Assembly (NCBI GenBank): GCA_963700285.1
Contig: CAVOXA010000001.1
Span: 864,001-928,000 of the forward strand
Length of the DNA: 64,000 nucleotides
Direction: 5' to 3'
DNA from: an uncultured Chloroflexia bacterium
GTDB taxonomy: Bacteria; Chloroflexota; Anaerolineae; JAAYZQ01
The notes beneath the pieces were generated by a model. The model did no database searches, had not been told where the DNA came from, and worked only from the letters and a program-made list of their open reading frames with translations. Made by a program: the position numbers and the translations under genes. Below, in pieces: positions 52,975 to 62,969 of this stretch (within the stretch, counting starts at the first letter, position 1; each line of letters opens with the position of its first letter).

Positions 52975-54249
52975 ATGAACAATCAAGAGCATATCAGTGA
53001 AGCAGAGCATACACCCACTCAGGAAGGTGAGGACCGTCGTGTATGGGTCGTCATTGGTGTGCTGGCGGTTTTCCTGATCGCGTGTATCTGCGTCCTTGGC
53101 CTGGTCATATCCTACTTTTTATTCTCTGGTCAGGACAGTGCGACCCAGCCAGGGCCAGTTGAGCCGGCGCAGGTTTCTCTTGAACAGATCCAGAACATCA
53201 ACTGGCAGTGGGTTGAATTGACTGAAACCGAGCCCGCGGGCCAATCCCTTGTGCCCGAACCCTATGACTATACCCTGGTGTTCCTGCCCGGCGGTCAGTT
53301 TACTTTTAGGGCAGATTGCAACGTCGGCAGTGGCGTGTTCACCGTGGATGGCAGCACTATGGCCCTGCAGTTGGGGCCGGTCACCATGGCCGAGTGTGGG
53401 CCAGCGTCCATGTCCAACCAGTTCATGGGCCTGCTGGGTAGCGTGGCTACCTACGGAGTGGAGGGCGGCCGCCTGGCGCTTGGGCTGAAAGAGAACGTGG
53501 GCTTCATGATCTTTGACAACGGCGGCCCGGCCCAATCTGTTGGATCACCAGGGGCGGCAACCCCGACCCCCCAACTGGCGCAACCAACGGCGACGATGGG
53601 CGTTCTGCCACTGGCCATTCCTAGATTTCCCCCTGAAGCAGGGCTGGGTATGGAAGCGATGTTCGACGGCAGCCAGTCCCAGCCCGGCAGCAGTCCCATT
53701 GTTCGCTACTTGTGGGAGTTCGGCGACGGGACCAGTGTTGAGGGGGCGACAGTGACCCATGCTTACGCAGTGTCTGGTGTCTATGCGGTGACCCTGGCAG
53801 TGACGGCTGAAGATGGCCTTGGCAGCAGTGCGACGGGGCAGATTGTGATCACTGAGGGCCAGCCGCCGGTACCCACGCAGGCACCGGAAGCCGCACCGAC
53901 GACGGAACCTGCGAGTGGGCTGGTGGGTCTGACGTGGCGGTGGTCTGAACTCATCGAAGAGGGGGAGCCTTCCACCGTGGCAAACCCTCAGAATTATACG
54001 TTAAGGTTCGAGCCGGATCTCACCCTGCAGATCACAGCTGACTGCAATACTGGGGTTGGCACATACGCAGTGGATGGGGAACGCATCAGACTGGACTTGG
54101 GGGGCGTCTCGCAGGCTGAGTGCGGGCCAGATTCTCTTTCTGGACAGTACCTGGAGCTGCTGCAGACGGTCGACGAGTATGAATTGGATGAGGGATTGCT
54201 CCTTCTGTATCCTACGGAGGTCGCCGACCGCATGGTCTTTGCCCCCTAG
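52975..54249 (+). CDS. membrane-anchored META-PKD-META domain protein
   Basis: N-terminal TM; two META domains (YTL.F...ADCN...CGP.S); PKD FDGSQS...YLWEFGDG...THAY..SGVY.VTL.VT; Pro/Thr linkers. Confidence 0.85.
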   Translation: MNNQEHISEAEHTPTQEGEDRRVWVVIGVLAVFLIACICVLGLVISYFLFSGQDSATQPGPVEPAQVSLEQIQNINWQWVELTETEPAGQSLVPEPYDYTLVFLPGGQFTFRADCNVGSGVFTVDGSTMALQLGPVTMAECGPASMSNQFMGLLGSVATYGVEGGRLALGLKENVGFMIFDNGGPAQSVGSPGAATPTPQLAQPTATMGVLPLAIPRFPPEAGLGMEAMFDGSQSQPGSSPIVRYLWEFGDGTSVEGATVTHAYAVSGVYAVTLAVTAEDGLGSSATGQIVITEGQPPVPTQAPEAAPTTEPASGLVGLTWRWSELIEEGEPSTVANPQNYTLRFEPDLTLQITADCNTGVGTYAVDGERIRLDLGGVSQAECGPDSLSGQYLELLQTVDEYELDEGLLLLYPTEVADRMVFAP

Positions 54250-54374
54250 TTGCGCCACAGTGCCTTGACCGAGACTGACAGCCCGAGCCACCCGTCAAGG
54301 TGACAATGAGTTTGGATAGATTGCAGCCCAGGCGCGCGTACGTGAGATGGCTAGAGACTGCCGGCCCTCCCCAT

Positions 54375-55304
54375 TCACTCTCCGCCCAGCAGGCGGCAAT
54401 AGCTCTCATAGCGATCTGGATGGATGTCCCCGGCCTGGACTGCGGCCTTGACAGCGCACTCGGGCTCGTGCGTATGGGTACAGCTTGAGAAATGACAGTC
54501 GCTCAGGAGGGGCCGCATCTCTACATAGTGCCAGGCCAGCTCCTCGGGCTCGATGTCCCAAAGCCCAGCTTCGCGCAGGCCTGGGCTATCAGCCACGAAA
54601 CCACCGCCGGTCAACGGCCACAACCGAACGCCAACCGTTGTGTGGCGCCCTTTGCCGGTCGCGTCGCTGATCTCGCGCACCGCGAGGCCCAAGTTGGGTT
54701 GAACAGCATTGAGAAGGCTGCTTTTCCCGACGCCGGAGGGCCCACACAACACGCTCAACTGGCCGAACAACCGGTTGCGCAAGGCGGTTACGCCCTGGCC
54801 GGTGTGGGCGCTGGTATAGATCACCGGGTAGCCAATCTCCTCGTACACCCCGAACAGTGCTCGAGCTTGCTCTAATTCCTTGCAGGCCCCGTCACCGGCA
54901 TTGCAAAGCAGATCGATTTTGTTGGCGCAGATGATGGCCGGCAGATCGTTGTTCTCGGCGAGGACGAGAAGACGGTCCAGCATGCGTAGGTGGGGTTCCG
55001 GGTCTCGCACGGAAAAAATGTATACCGCCTGGTCCGGGTTGGCAACGATGACCTGTTCGGCCTCGACGTGGCCAGGCCGGCGGCGGCTCAATTGCGTCTC
55101 TCGCGGCAGGACCTCTTCGATCACACCCCTGCCCGGCCTGGTTGCCCTCCAAAGGACCCAGTCCCCGGCAGTGATGAGATCGGTGGCCAGCTTCTCCTTC
55201 TTGAGCTTTCCACGCACATGGCACAGGGCAATACTCTCCCCGTCTTGGACCTTGTGCCGCCCGCTACGGGCCTGGAGAACGGTTCCGCTCTTAAGCTCAG
55301 CCAA
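54375..55304 (-). CDS. rsgA: ribosome small subunit-dependent GTPase A
   Basis: IVANPDQ, NKIDL, GPSGVGKSSLLN, GKGRHTT, DSPG, CHFSSCTHTHEPEC. Confidence 0.94.
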   Translation of the reverse strand: MAELKSGTVLQARSGRHKVQDGESIALCHVRGKLKKEKLATDLITAGDWVLWRATRPGRGVIEEVLPRETQLSRRRPGHVEAEQVIVANPDQAVYIFSVRDPEPHLRMLDRLLVLAENNDLPAIICANKIDLLCNAGDGACKELEQARALFGVYEEIGYPVIYTSAHTGQGVTALRNRLFGQLSVLCGPSGVGKSSLLNAVQPNLGLAVREISDATGKGRHTTVGVRLWPLTGGGFVADSPGLREAGLWDIEPEELAWHYVEMRPLLSDCHFSSCTHTHEPECAVKAAVQAGDIHPDRYESYCRLLGGE

Positions 55305-55472
55305 TACCTACCCTCATCTGCATCACTCACCGAGGACATCTGTCCGAGTCGTGTTCACAGATTATACCCCAGGCAGTCAGCCAGGTCAAATGAGCGGACA
55401 TAAGGGCAAACGGACGACTGCGGTTTCCTATGTTAACTTGAGGCGTTGGTGCGTGCACGCAGTCTGTCAAAG

Positions 55473-55501
55473 TTGCCAAACTCGCAAAGAACTGGTATAA
55501 T
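55473..55501 (+). promoter_or_regulatory. sigma70 promoter of polX
   Basis: TTGCCA-17 nt-TATAAT with extended TG. Confidence 0.6.
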
Positions 55502-55538
55502 CATCGTGAATCGTGAGATATGTACTGAGCCTTGATGT

Positions 55539-57302
55539 ATGACCAACTATGAAATAGCCGAGCTTTTCAAGCGCATCGGGGATATGATGGACATCCTGGG
55601 CGAGAACCGCTTCAAGGTACTCGCCTATCGGCGTGCCTCCGAAAATATCGAGGCTTTGGGCCAGGACATCCGTGTTTATTGGCAGGAGGGCACGCTTGAG
55701 GAGATTCCCGGTATCGGGAAGGCCATCGCCGAAAAGATTGATGAGCTTCTGAGAACGGGCCATCTGGCGTTCTATGAGCGCTTGCAGGACCAGGTACCAA
55801 CCGGCGTCGTCTCGCTGCTGGAGGTTCCTGACGTGGGTCCGAAGACGGCCAAGCTAATGTGGGAGCAGCTGGGGTTACAAAGTGTAGCCGAGGTGGAGAC
55901 GGCAGCACGGGCCGGCCAATTGCGGGCTCTGCCCGGGCTGGGCGCCAAGTCCGAGGCCAAGATCTTGGCTGGCATCGAGGCCTTGTACCGGCGCAGTGAC
56001 CGCATTCCTTTGGGCACGGCCTGGCCGGTTGGCATCGAGCTGGTGGAGGCTCTGAGGAAATCTTGCCCGGCTGTCCGGCAGGCCACAGTGGCGGGCAGCT
56101 TGCGGCGCATGCAAGCCACCATCGGTGACATAGACCTGCTGGCAGGGTCGGAGGTTCCATCTGAGGTGATGCGGGCCTTTGTCAATCTACCACAGGTGGC
56201 CGAAGTAGTACTCAGCGGCTTGACCAAGACCACGGTGCGGCTGCACAATGGCTTGCAAGTGGACCTGCGGGTTCTTGAGCCAGAGCGCTGGGGGGCTGCG
56301 CTGCAGTACTTTACCGGCAGTCAAGCACACAATGTCCGCCTCCGAGAGATGGCCCGCAAAGCGGAACTGAGCCTGAGTGAGTATGGCTTCAAGCGGGAAG
56401 ATGGCAGCGAGATCTTGTGTGCTCGAGAGGAAGAGGTGTACGGGACGCTGGGCTTGCCCTGGATCCCGCCCGAGATGCGCGAGGATCGGGGCGAGTTCCA
56501 ATCGGCGCTGGCCGGTGATCTACCCCGGCTGGTAGAATGGGCCGATATTCGTGGCGACCTGCATGCTCACACCGACTGGAGCGATGGGGCCGGTACCCTG
56601 GCAGAGATGGCCGATGCGGCGCAAGAGCGGGGCTATCGCTATTTGGTTATCTCCGACCACACCCAGAGCCTGGGCGTCGCCAATGGCCTGACGGTCGAGC
56701 GGCTGCGCGCCCAGCGGGCCGAGATCGATGCCCTGAACAGCGGACGGAATGGGGTTCTCCTGCTTCAGGGTTGCGAACTGGAGATCAAGGCCGACGGCAG
56801 CCTGGATTATCCTGACGAGGTCCTGGCTCAACTGGACTTTGTCGTGGCCTCGGTGCATACTTCGCTGCGCCAGGATCGGGCGCAGATCACCGGGCGTGTC
56901 TTGAACGCCTTGCACAACCCCTACGTTGACGTCATTGGCCACCCGTCAGGCCGCATTCTTGGCCAGCGTGAGGCAAGCGCCGTGGACCTGGATGCCGTGA
57001 TCAAGGTCGCCGCCGAGACCGGCACGGCTCTGGAGGTAAACAGTATCCCTGCCCGCCTCGATTTGGACGATATTCACGTACGCCATGCTTTGGAAATGGG
57101 CGTCAGGGTGGCCATCAACAGTGATGCCCACCATCCCGGCGGCCTGGATAGCCTGCCCTTTGGTCTGGCCACTGCGCGACGTGGCTGGGCCACGAGTCTC
57201 GATGTACTCAACACGATGACGATAGAGGATCTTTTTGTCTGGCGCCAAGCCAGAATCGCACGACAACAAAGTACAGAGGAGGGGAATCATGTCGCAGTAT
57301 GA
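55539..57302 (+). CDS. polX: DNA polymerase X / PHP 3'-5' exonuclease
   Basis: AGSLRR...GDIDLL, QVDLR, FTGS..HN, GDLHAHTDWSDG, ISDH, GHPSGR, NSDAH. Confidence 0.94.
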   Translation: MTNYEIAELFKRIGDMMDILGENRFKVLAYRRASENIEALGQDIRVYWQEGTLEEIPGIGKAIAEKIDELLRTGHLAFYERLQDQVPTGVVSLLEVPDVGPKTAKLMWEQLGLQSVAEVETAARAGQLRALPGLGAKSEAKILAGIEALYRRSDRIPLGTAWPVGIELVEALRKSCPAVRQATVAGSLRRMQATIGDIDLLAGSEVPSEVMRAFVNLPQVAEVVLSGLTKTTVRLHNGLQVDLRVLEPERWGAALQYFTGSQAHNVRLREMARKAELSLSEYGFKREDGSEILCAREEEVYGTLGLPWIPPEMREDRGEFQSALAGDLPRLVEWADIRGDLHAHTDWSDGAGTLAEMADAAQERGYRYLVISDHTQSLGVANGLTVERLRAQRAEIDALNSGRNGVLLLQGCELEIKADGSLDYPDEVLAQLDFVVASVHTSLRQDRAQITGRVLNALHNPYVDVIGHPSGRILGQREASAVDLDAVIKVAAETGTALEVNSIPARLDLDDIHVRHALEMGVRVAINSDAHHPGGLDSLPFGLATARRGWATSLDVLNTMTIEDLFVWRQARIARQQSTEEGNHVAV

Positions 57303-57876
57303 TGCGGGTCCAGGGGACTATAGTGATCGTGAGTGGGAGGCGCCTGACTGGGAGCAGGAGCCTCAAGCCACTCGGCAGCGGCTGGCCTTGCCTCCGTGGG
57401 CATTGCTGGCCATTGTCGTTGCAGCCGTGATCTTGCTGTGTGTGGGGTTATTCCTTATCGTTCGGGCCATCCGCGAAGGGAGTGCCACAGAGGCCCCAAT
57501 CCCCACCGCCACGGCAACACGCCGGGCTTTGCCCACCGCAACTCTGACGCTCCCGGTGCCAACGGCCACTATCGCCCTGCCCACGGCAACCCTCGAGCTG
57601 CCCACGCTTGAGCCGACGGAGCTGCCGCCGGCCGATACCGGTGGTATTGCGCCCGGAGTCAATGTCGCGGTTGTTGGAACCAACCCAGACGGGCTGAACA
57701 TCCGCGCGGAGCCCAGTACCAGCGCCAAGTTGCTAAAAAACGTGAGGGACAAGACTACTTTGGAAGTACTCGATGGCCCCGTACAGGCTGAATCGTACGT
57801 GTGGTGGAAGGTCAGACCTGTCAGAGACAAAACGGTCGAGGGCTGGGCTGTCGGCCAGTATCTGGAACTCAAGTAG
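57289..57876 (+). CDS. single-TM protein with Pro/Thr-rich linker and C-terminal SH3 domain
   Basis: TM LLAIVVAAVILLCVGLFLIV; PTAT repeats; DGLNIRAEPST...VLDGP...YVWWKV...EGWAVGQYL. Confidence 0.82.
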   Translation: MSQYDAGPGDYSDREWEAPDWEQEPQATRQRLALPPWALLAIVVAAVILLCVGLFLIVRAIREGSATEAPIPTATATRRALPTATLTLPVPTATIALPTATLELPTLEPTELPPADTGGIAPGVNVAVVGTNPDGLNIRAEPSTSAKLLKNVRDKTTLEVLDGPVQAESYVWWKVRPVRDKTVEGWAVGQYLELK

Positions 57877-57985
57877 AAGAGTGCCTGGACGGGACTGTTT
57901 CCAAACTGTGCTCCGGCTCATGCCCGGATGTTTGGACCTGCATTCTACGGGTCCAAACAGATTCCGCTGGCCTTTGATGGATGTG

Positions 57986-58011
57986 TGCAACCTCCATGCC
58001 GGTTCTGCGTA
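57986..58011 (+). promoter_or_regulatory. ECF (SigW-like) promoter of pspC
   Basis: TGCAAC-16 nt-CGTA, one mismatch from TGAAAC-N16-CGTA. Confidence 0.55.
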
Positions 58012-58051
58012 GATAGGTGAAAAGAGCTATCGCACACTGGGAGGTCTGACA

Positions 58052-58252
58052 ATGAGTGACGGGAAGAAGCTTCGGCGTTCGAGGAGCAATCGCTGGATCG
58101 GAGGCATCTGTGGTGGTCTGGGTGAGTTCTTTGGGCTGAGTGCTTTTTGGTTCCGCCTGCTGTTTTTTATCCTGGTGTTGCCGGGTGGCCTTCCCGGCAT
58201 CTTGCCCTACCTTGTCCTCTGGCTCATCATCCCTATGGAAGAGCGTCAGTAG
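58052..58252 (+). CDS. pspC: PspC domain protein
   Basis: LRRSRSNRWIGGICGGLGEFF, YLVLWLIIP. Confidence 0.88.
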   Translation: MSDGKKLRRSRSNRWIGGICGGLGEFFGLSAFWFRLLFFILVLPGGLPGILPYLVLWLIIPMEERQ

Positions 58253-58289
58253 GTTGCCCAGAAGCGTGAGCCACTGTTCTCTCGCCAGT

Positions 58290-58321
58290 AAAAGCCCCCG
58301 GAGTCTCCGGGGGCTTTTTTT
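58290..58321 (+). terminator. intrinsic terminator (likely bidirectional)
   Basis: AAAAGCCCCCGGA-GTC-TCCGGGGGCTTTTTTT. Confidence 0.85.
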
Positions 58322-58475
58322 CCTGCAGCCCCCAATGTGACAACGTAGATCAACGAAATTGGCTTGCTTGAGCGGCTCACGCTTGCGCGGTGCGTGGGCA
58401 CTTTGATAGCGTCGAGGAGTATGGTATAATCCTCGGTGGGCATATACTCGGTGCGATTCAGGAGCGAACGACACG

Positions 58476-59444
58476 ATGGAATACCGAAAGATGGGGCGTT
58501 CAGGGCTGGAGGTCTCGGAACTGGCACTGGGTACGATGCAGTTTGGTTGGACGGCGGACGAAGCGATTGCCTTTGACATCATGGATGCCTATGTCGAGGC
58601 GGGCGGCAACATGATCGACACGGCCAACGTCTATTCCAACTGGGCGGAAGGCAATCCCGGTGGCGTATCGGAAGCGATTGTGGGTCGCTGGCTAAAGAAT
58701 CGCGTCAACCGAAAGGACATTGTCCTCGCTACCAAAGTCCGGGGTCGCATGTGGGAAGGGCCTAACGGCGAGGGACTGGGCCGCGCCCACATTGCGCGCG
58801 CGGTCGAGGATAGCCTGCGGCGTCTGCAGACAGATTACATAGACCTGTATCAGACCCACTGGTTCGATGCCAGCACGTCTGTCGAGGAGACGATGCGCGT
58901 TTTCGATGACCTGGTTAGGCAGGGCAAAGTGCGTTACGTGGGCTGCTCCAATCATCCTGCCTGGCGGCTGGTCGAAGCGTTGTGGGCAAGTGACAAGCTG
59001 GGATTGGTGAGCTATGCGTCACTGCAGCCCCACTACAACCTTGTACATCGAGCTGAGTTTGAGCAAGAGATGGCTGCGGTCGTCAGGGCCTATGGACTGG
59101 GCCTGTTTCCCTACAGCCCGCTGGCAGGTGGATTTCTGACGGGCAAGTACCGCCAGGGGGCGCCGTCACCAGACAGCGCCCGTGCCGGCCGCATTCAGGA
59201 GCGCTACTTTTGCGAACGCAATTTCAAGCTTCTGGCCAGGATGGAAACGATTGGGCTCAAGTGGGGTCAAGGGGCAGCGCAAGTGGCGCTGGCCTGGCTG
59301 TTGGCCAATCCGCTCGTAACCGCCCCGATTGTCGGCGCCAACAGCGTGGCGCAACTGCGGGCAAGCCTGGCTGCCGTGGGGTTCCGCCTGGAAAACGATG
59401 AGCTGGCGGAGCTGGACAAGCTTGGCGACTGGCAAGCACCATGA
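58476..59444 (+). CDS. aldo/keto reductase
   Basis: [51 protein letters not shown]. Confidence 0.93.
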   Translation: MEYRKMGRSGLEVSELALGTMQFGWTADEAIAFDIMDAYVEAGGNMIDTANVYSNWAEGNPGGVSEAIVGRWLKNRVNRKDIVLATKVRGRMWEGPNGEGLGRAHIARAVEDSLRRLQTDYIDLYQTHWFDASTSVEETMRVFDDLVRQGKVRYVGCSNHPAWRLVEALWASDKLGLVSYASLQPHYNLVHRAEFEQEMAAVVRAYGLGLFPYSPLAGGFLTGKYRQGAPSPDSARAGRIQERYFCERNFKLLARMETIGLKWGQGAAQVALAWLLANPLVTAPIVGANSVAQLRASLAAVGFRLENDELAELDKLGDWQAP

Positions 59445-60592
59445 TCACGCTCGAACTACCCGCATCCCTGAATGGCCCGCTGGCTCAGGGGCATCCCTGG
59501 ATCTACCGCAACCATGTTCCTCAGGCGCCGGACCTGGCTTCGGGTACGTGGGTCAGGGTGCGCTGCGGTGGGTTTTCTGGCTTTGGATTGTGGGACGCCC
59601 AGAGTGCTATTGCCGTGCGCCTTTTCTCGCGAACGGCCGAGCCCGATGCTGGCTGGGTAGCGGATCGGGTAGCCGACGCTTGGGATCTGCGGGCACCGGT
59701 GCGTGCCGGCGCCACCTCTGGCTACCGTTGGGTATATGGCGAGAGCGATGGACTGCCCGCCATCGTTGTGGATCTCTATGGCGAGTTTGCCGCCATCCGG
59801 ACCTTTGTCGAGAGCGTTGAGAGTTTGGTCCCATGGGTGGCTGACGCCCTGCACGCGCATACGTCGCTGCAAGGTATCGTCTGGCGTCGAGCCAGGGGGC
59901 AGGCGGAATCACTGTGGGGCCGGCTCCCGCCCAACGATCATACCATTGAAGAGCATGGATTGCTTTTCCGGGTCGATCTCTTTTCTGGGCAAAAGACAGG
60001 CTTGTTCTTTGATCAACGTGAGAACCGTCTGATCTTGTCGCCCTGGTGCCAGGGCAAGGCTGTGCTCGATTGCTTCTGCTATACCGGAGCCTTTGCGCTC
60101 TATGCACTCCGCGGAGGCGCAGGCTCGGTTACGGCCTGTGACGCCTCTGCCGGGGCTGTAGACGCAGCGCGAGAGAACCTGTACCTCAACGGTTTTGAAC
60201 CTGGCCGGAATGCCCTTCTGGTCCAGGACTGTTTTGCCCTGCTGGACAGGTTTGCCGCGGAAAAGCGCCAGTTCGATGTGGTCATTCTCGATCCGCCGAG
60301 TTTTGCCCGCGACCGGCAAAGCCGCCATGCAGCAGAGCGGGCCTATGTGCGGCTGAATCGACAGGCGCTGCGCTGTGTCAGAGAGGGAGGACTACTTGCC
60401 TCGGCCAGTTGCACGAGCCAGGTATCACCTTCTGCGTTCCACCAGGCCCTGGCCGAGGCGGCGCGTCAGGCTGGACGGCGCCTGCAGATTGTGCACGATG
60501 CCGGCCAGGCCGTGGATCATCCCGTACCGGCCCATTTTCCCGAGGCCCGCTATCTCAAGTTCATGCTCTGCCGGGTTCTGCCCATATCCTAG
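59441..60592 (+). CDS. RlmI-like class I SAM-dependent rRNA methyltransferase
   Basis: [45 protein letters not shown]. Confidence 0.9.
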   Translation: MITLELPASLNGPLAQGHPWIYRNHVPQAPDLASGTWVRVRCGGFSGFGLWDAQSAIAVRLFSRTAEPDAGWVADRVADAWDLRAPVRAGATSGYRWVYGESDGLPAIVVDLYGEFAAIRTFVESVESLVPWVADALHAHTSLQGIVWRRARGQAESLWGRLPPNDHTIEEHGLLFRVDLFSGQKTGLFFDQRENRLILSPWCQGKAVLDCFCYTGAFALYALRGGAGSVTACDASAGAVDAARENLYLNGFEPGRNALLVQDCFALLDRFAAEKRQFDVVILDPPSFARDRQSRHAAERAYVRLNRQALRCVREGGLLASASCTSQVSPSAFHQALAEAARQAGRRLQIVHDAGQAVDHPVPAHFPEARYLKFMLCRVLPIS

Positions 60593-60684
60593 AAGCGGTA
60601 TGGACGGGAGCGAACCTTCTTGAGCACGGGGCAGGGCATGGGAATGGGAACTGGGCATTCTGACTTTTCGAGGGTGACTGCCAC

Positions 60685-60719
60685 AAAAAAGGCACCCCCG
60701 GCGCCAGGCCGGGAGTGCC
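60685..60719 (-). terminator. intrinsic terminator, minus strand
   Basis: GGCACTCCCGGC-CTGGC-GCCGGGGGTGCC-TTTTTT. Confidence 0.75.
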
Positions 60720-60892
60720 CCATACTTGAAAGCGCTTGTTATTCCTTTCGCCTCGCGCAACATCCAGCTCGTCGTTCACCGCGTCTACCTCGGCCCTAGC
60801 GACGTTGAGATCCGCCTCCACCTGTACTCAAGGCCGAACGATACCAATATCATACGATGCCTTCAAGCAGAAATCGAATGGGCAAATCGGGA

Positions 60893-61867
60893 TCAGCCTT
60901 CGTACAAGGCCTCTATCTGGCGGGCAAAGTCCCGGATGCTTTGGCGCAGGACCGCCGGTTCGAGTACTTGTATCGCTCCGCCGCAGCCAAGGATTCGTTG
61001 GCGGGCATCCTCAAGGGTATCGAACGAGATGGTCAGCTCGATCCACCCACTGTCACCTGCCGGACCGGCTTCCCTGACCTTATCGCTGATATCCTCGCCA
61101 AAGTGGTGGGTGAGATAGGGGACAAGTTGCGGAGCGACGCATAGGGTAACGGGATAGTGTGGACGGTTGGCTTCAGCCTCCGCGCACCATGCCTGCCAAA
61201 AGTTTACCAGATCAAAGTCTGCCGGGCGAGTGAACTGCTCGTTTGTAAGGCTGGCTTCAACCAACTGGGCGACGCGGTGGACGCGAATGTGCTGGCCCTG
61301 GCCACAAACCAGGTACCAGGCGATGCCCTTGGCGACGAGTCCGTAGGGCTCGACGATCCGTTGAACTTGAGTCTCGAACGGCAGGCGATAGGTCAGTCTC
61401 AGCCTGCGATCGTCCCAGAGCGCCCGTTGAATTGTTGCCAGGAGAGGCACTGGCCTGCGGACTTGGAACCATCCTGTTGGGTCCAGGTGGACGCGCTGGC
61501 GCGCCCGCTCTTGGTCCTGACGGCGGCCCGCGGGCAGGGAGGCGGAGAGCTTGAGCAAAGCGGATCTGACCTCCTGGTCGACTCCCAGCTCCGCCAAGGG
61601 GGCGGGAATGCCGAGCATGAACAGGGCCCGTACCTCCTCCTCAGTCAAGCCCGTGAGCGTTGTACGGTAGCTGTCCATCAGTGCGCAACCGCCCCCAGGC
61701 CCTCGTTCGGCGTACACAGGGACACCGGCCGCACAGAGGGCGTCCATGTCCCGATAGATCGTCCGTACCGAGACCTCCATCTCTTGGGCCAGTTCCCGTG
61801 CCGTCAGGCGCCCGCGGGCTTGCAGGAGCAAGAGTATCGACAGTAGCCGGTCAGCACGCATTGGCAT
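60893..61867 (-). CDS. YafY-family HTH-WYL-WCX transcriptional regulator
   Basis: MRADRLLSILLLLQ...LAQEMEVSVRTIYRD, G.GGG, VEPYGLV...WYLV, EVLEP-like end. Confidence 0.92.
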   Translation of the reverse strand: MPMRADRLLSILLLLQARGRLTARELAQEMEVSVRTIYRDMDALCAAGVPVYAERGPGGGCALMDSYRTTLTGLTEEEVRALFMLGIPAPLAELGVDQEVRSALLKLSASLPAGRRQDQERARQRVHLDPTGWFQVRRPVPLLATIQRALWDDRRLRLTYRLPFETQVQRIVEPYGLVAKGIAWYLVCGQGQHIRVHRVAQLVEASLTNEQFTRPADFDLVNFWQAWCAEAEANRPHYPVTLCVAPQLVPYLTHHFGEDISDKVREAGPAGDSGWIELTISFDTLEDARQRILGCGGAIQVLEPAVLRQSIRDFARQIEALYEG

Positions 61868-61907
61868 GGCCCCCCAGATCCAGATTCTCTACCATTATAC
61901 CATAAAT

Positions 61908-61926
61908 CCTGACAGGAGATGTCAGG
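61908..61926. promoter_or_regulatory. palindromic operator between divergent promoters, probable WYL-regulator site
   Basis: CCTGACA-GGAGA-TGTCAGG; TGGTATAAT on the minus side and TGGTATGGT on the plus side. Confidence 0.7.
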
Positions 61927-62046
61927 TAAGGTATGGTATGGTAGGCTGACAGTGGCGCCTGGTTGCATCACGGGGCAGATAGAGCACTCGACCGCTGTAC
62001 TTGACCCGGGCGAACACAATCCTGAAAAAGGGAGGGAAACTGAACG

Positions 62047-62517
62047 ATGAAAGCATTGGATGTGCGGATCGTACGTTTGAAGCCGATGCGCGTTGCCTCG
62101 GCCCATGGCTTTGGTCAGAGTCCGGAAGAGATAGCCTGGAACAAGATCCTGGCTTTTGGAGATGCAAATAGCCTGCTAGACACGCCCGAAGGACTGCGTT
62201 TCTTCGGCTTCAACAATCCAAACCCCGCCCCTGGCAGCCCGAACTATGGCTATGAACAGTGGATGACCGTGGGCCCCGCTGTTGAAGGGGAGGGCGACGT
62301 GACCATCAAAGAGATACCCTCCAGGCTTTATGCTGTGGCGCGCTGCGAGGGACTCGATACCATCGGTGAGGTGTGGAAACAACTGGTCATCTGGTTTGAA
62401 GACAGTCACTACAAGAAGCCATCTCATTTCTACGAGGGTCTTGAAGAGCTGCTTGTGCCCCCGGACAGTTCCTACGAAGACTATGTTTTTGATCTCTATC
62501 TGCCCATAGCAGAGTGA
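62047..62517 (+). CDS. GyrI-like small-molecule-binding domain protein
   Basis: VRIVRLKPMRVAS, RFFGFNNP.P...YGYEQW, YAV, I...WKQL..W, FDLYLPI. Confidence 0.85.
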   Translation: MKALDVRIVRLKPMRVASAHGFGQSPEEIAWNKILAFGDANSLLDTPEGLRFFGFNNPNPAPGSPNYGYEQWMTVGPAVEGEGDVTIKEIPSRLYAVARCEGLDTIGEVWKQLVIWFEDSHYKKPSHFYEGLEELLVPPDSSYEDYVFDLYLPIAE

Positions 62518-62539
62518 CGCAGCCAGAGTCGAACAGTAT

Positions 62540-62571
62540 GCGCCCTGCCCAGTACCGTCTGGGCAGGGCGC
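62540..62571 (+). terminator. GC-rich hairpin after the GyrI-like gene
   Basis: GCGCCCTGCCCAG-TACCGT-CTGGGCAGGGCGC. Confidence 0.6.
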
Positions 62572-62617
62572 TGTCTATCAGCTTGACGGTCTGCCAAGGT
62601 CATGCTATACTGCCCCT

Positions 62618-62770
62618 AGTAGTTGAAAGCCCTGTAACCCCTAGTCCTTGTGTGCCGTAGGGAAACGGACGCAGGGGTCTACTCCCGGAAACCGAGGATC
62701 GAGCCCCGATCGTATCCCCAGCTTTGCTCTTGGGAGCGACGCTCGATGGTGCCGCAAAGGGACTGGCTCT
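62618..62770 (+). ncRNA. ssrS: probable 6S RNA
   Basis: Own promoter TTGACG-17-TATACT (62583-62611); CTAGTCCTTGTGTGCCGT pairs with ATGGTGCCGCAAAGGGACTGG; central bubble, then CTCCCG/TGGGAG stem and apical GATCG-AGCCC-CGATC. Confidence 0.55.
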
Positions 62771-62969
62771 CGATGCTCTTCGCTCACTGATACTGCTTCC
62801 CGCTGGCAGCACATACTGCCCAGGTGGCAGCCCGAGAGTGCAGAGCAACCGGTCCACCGGTCCGGGCGACAGTGTCCATTGCACAAGCCAGTGGCCAGTT
62901 GGATGCCATCGGTTGCAGGCTGAGCAGTCATGTCCAAGGCTACATCAGGCAATAGCTGGAATATCAGCC

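Noticed and set aside
62618-62770. SRP RNA or riboswitch identity for this RNA
   Set aside because: Lacks the SRP helix-8 CAGG/GGAA/AGCA motif and any aptamer consensus I recognise.
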